Under the pieces are notes generated by a model, which worked only from the letters and a program-made list of their open reading frames with translations, had not been told where the DNA came from and searched no databases. The translations under genes and the position numbers were made by a program. This document shows positions 62,274 through 64,000 of a DNA stretch of 64,000 nucleotides, piece after piece (position 1 is the stretch's first letter; each line of letters begins with the position of its first letter). The DNA is from Spirochaetia bacterium (GTDB lineage: Bacteria; Spirochaetota; Spirochaetia; SZUA-6; Bin103): assembly GCA_965203905.1 (NCBI GenBank), contig CBDBDQ010000005.1, forward strand, positions 4,480,001-4,544,000, written 5' to 3'.

Positions 62274-63542
62274 ATGCCTCCGGTAGCGCGCGTCAAGGGG
62301 ACGCAGGACTTCTATCCCGAGGCCTGGGAGCAGCAGGTGGCGTTGCGCGACATCATGCTGGCGGCGGGCCGCGCATACGGCTACCGGGAGTATGAGGGCC
62401 CGCTGATCGAGTACCTGGATCTGTACCTCGGCAAGAGCAGCGAGGAGATCGTCAGCCGGCAGACGTTCCGCATCCAGGATCGCGACGGCAAGGCGCTGCT
62501 GCTGCGTCCCGAGCTTACGCCGACCCTGGCGCGGATGATCGCCGCGCGGGAGCGGGAGATTGCGCTGCCGGCGCGCTGGCAGTCGTTCGGCCAGTTCTTC
62601 CGCTACGAGCGGCCGCAGCGCGGCCGCGGGCGCTCATTCTTCCAGTGGAACGTGGACCTGCTCGGCAGCGAGAGTCCGGTGGCCGACGCCGAGGTGACAC
62701 TCGTCGCCTGCGCCCTGTTCCGAGCCCTCGGGCTCGGCGCGGACGAGGTGCGGATCAAGATCAACGACCGCGCGGCCGTGGAGGCTGACCTCGTCGGCGA
62801 GCTGGGGGTGTCGCAGGACCAGGTGCGCGGCGTGTTCCAGGTGATCGACCGCCTCGACAAGGTCGGCCCCGAGCGCGCCTGCGGCCAGCTCGGCGAGCTG
62901 GGGCTCGGGCCGGGGCAGGCACAGGAGCTGGTGGCGTACGTCGGCTCCCCGGTGGACGCTCCGTCGCAGCGCCTGGCCGCGATCGTCGAGCAGGTGGAGA
63001 TCGCCGGGCAGGACGGTTACGTGGAGCTGGACCGCGCCGTCGTACGCGGCTTCGACTACTACACCAGCACGGTGTTCGAGGCCTGGGCCACCGGCGACCT
63101 GCGGCGGGCCATCTTCGGGGGCGGGCGCTACGACGACCTCACGCGCCAGGTGGGCGGCAAGCAGCGGGTGCCCGGCGTGGGCATGGCGGTGGGCGACCTG
63201 GCGCTGCTGGAACTGCTGCGCGCGCTGGAGCGGCTGCCGGCTCCCGTCGCCGGGAGTCCGACGGCGGTGGTGACCGTTTTCGACGCGAAGCTACAGGCGG
63301 CTTCGGCACGCATCGCCGACGGCCTGCGCCGGCGTGACGTGGCCGTGGAGTTGTGCCTGGAACCCGATCAACGTCTCGAACGGCAGTTGAAGCACGCCGA
63401 CCGCGTGGGGGCGCGCTACGCCCTGATCGTCGGTCCCGACGAAGCGGCCGCCGGTACGGTGGTGGTCAAGGATCTGCAGCAGCGCAGCCAGGAGACGGTT
63501 CCGGCCGGCGACCTGGACGCATTGGCGGCACAGCTCCAATAA
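62274..63542 (+). CDS. hisS: Histidine--tRNA ligase
   Basis: KGTQDF, LRPELT, FRYERPQRGR, RGFDYYT and GGGRYD. Confidence 0.97.
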   Translation: MPPVARVKGTQDFYPEAWEQQVALRDIMLAAGRAYGYREYEGPLIEYLDLYLGKSSEEIVSRQTFRIQDRDGKALLLRPELTPTLARMIAAREREIALPARWQSFGQFFRYERPQRGRGRSFFQWNVDLLGSESPVADAEVTLVACALFRALGLGADEVRIKINDRAAVEADLVGELGVSQDQVRGVFQVIDRLDKVGPERACGQLGELGLGPGQAQELVAYVGSPVDAPSQRLAAIVEQVEIAGQDGYVELDRAVVRGFDYYTSTVFEAWATGDLRRAIFGGGRYDDLTRQVGGKQRVPGVGMAVGDLALLELLRALERLPAPVAGSPTAVVTVFDAKLQAASARIADGLRRRDVAVELCLEPDQRLERQLKHADRVGARYALIVGPDEAAAGTVVVKDLQQRSQETVPAGDLDALAAQLQ

Positions 63543-63624
63543 CCTTCGAGACCAAGCCCCTTGCTGATTGCCGAGTGGTTCACCGCTCGCGGTCCGTGTG
63601 CGCAGCCGTAGTAGCGCGCAATCT

Positions 63625-64000
63625 TCAGCGGAATAGTCGCGCGTCCCACCACACCGGCGTCTCGAGTCCGGTAACGATTCGGGCAAATTCGGCGTGGGTC
63701 GTGTTGATGATTATGTTGTTCTCCAGGCGAGCTACTACAGAGGGCACTATCAAGATTGTACTGCGCTGTTGGGCGTACCACTGGTGACCAAATCGTCGGG
63801 CTGTCGTATTGATTGGTTTTTTTGCCAACCCGGCACCTGATGTTGGGTGACCACCTCGTAGCTGATACCAGACGGAATGGTAATTTCGAACATAGTGTTG
63901 ATTGTCCGGTGGGTCCCCGCTCCATCGAACCAGGTCTCAAGCATCGCGGTGGAGTAGTGTTCTGATGCATAGATCACACGGTCGCCAAGCTGGTGCCAGC
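63625..64000 (-). pseudogene. RES domain toxin-like gene, frameshifted; 5' end outside the window
   Basis: VIYASEHYSTAMLE / LVRWSGDPPDNQHY / EITIPSGISYE / LIVPSVVARLENNIIIN..PVWWDARLF are split across frames; a T7 run lies at 63817-63823. Confidence 0.75.

Overview
High-GC bacterial genomic window. The left 19 kb is a complete type I-G (I-U) CRISPR-Cas locus on the minus strand: cas3, csx17/cas8g, csb1/cas7 and csb2, then inserted cargo (higB pseudogene, higA, degenerate AAA ATPase, SAM methyltransferase), then cas4-cas1, cas2, the leader and an array of 72 repeats by my count that runs off the left edge. The best find lies just upstream of cas3: a divergent two-pseudo-repeat mini-array (18817-18921). 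Its 36-nt spacer matches the cas operon promoter at 14 of its first 15 nt (mismatch at position 12), next to a TTA PAM. This is a candidate CreR/CreA-like RNA guide for Cascade autorepression in a type I-G system. A 75-codon ORF coupled to cas3 and an SD-sequestering hairpin sit under the same promoter. The rest of the window holds a Rieske/cytochrome b/octaheme HAO-like redox module, an amt-led operon with a HAMP-MFS fusion and a PP2C fused to a degenerate anti-sigma domain, a second partner-switching cascade, housekeeping and metabolic genes (serS, hisS, pckA and others), a small atypical three-gene insert, and a frameshifted RES toxin at the right edge. All calls come from reading motifs by eye; no database searches were run.
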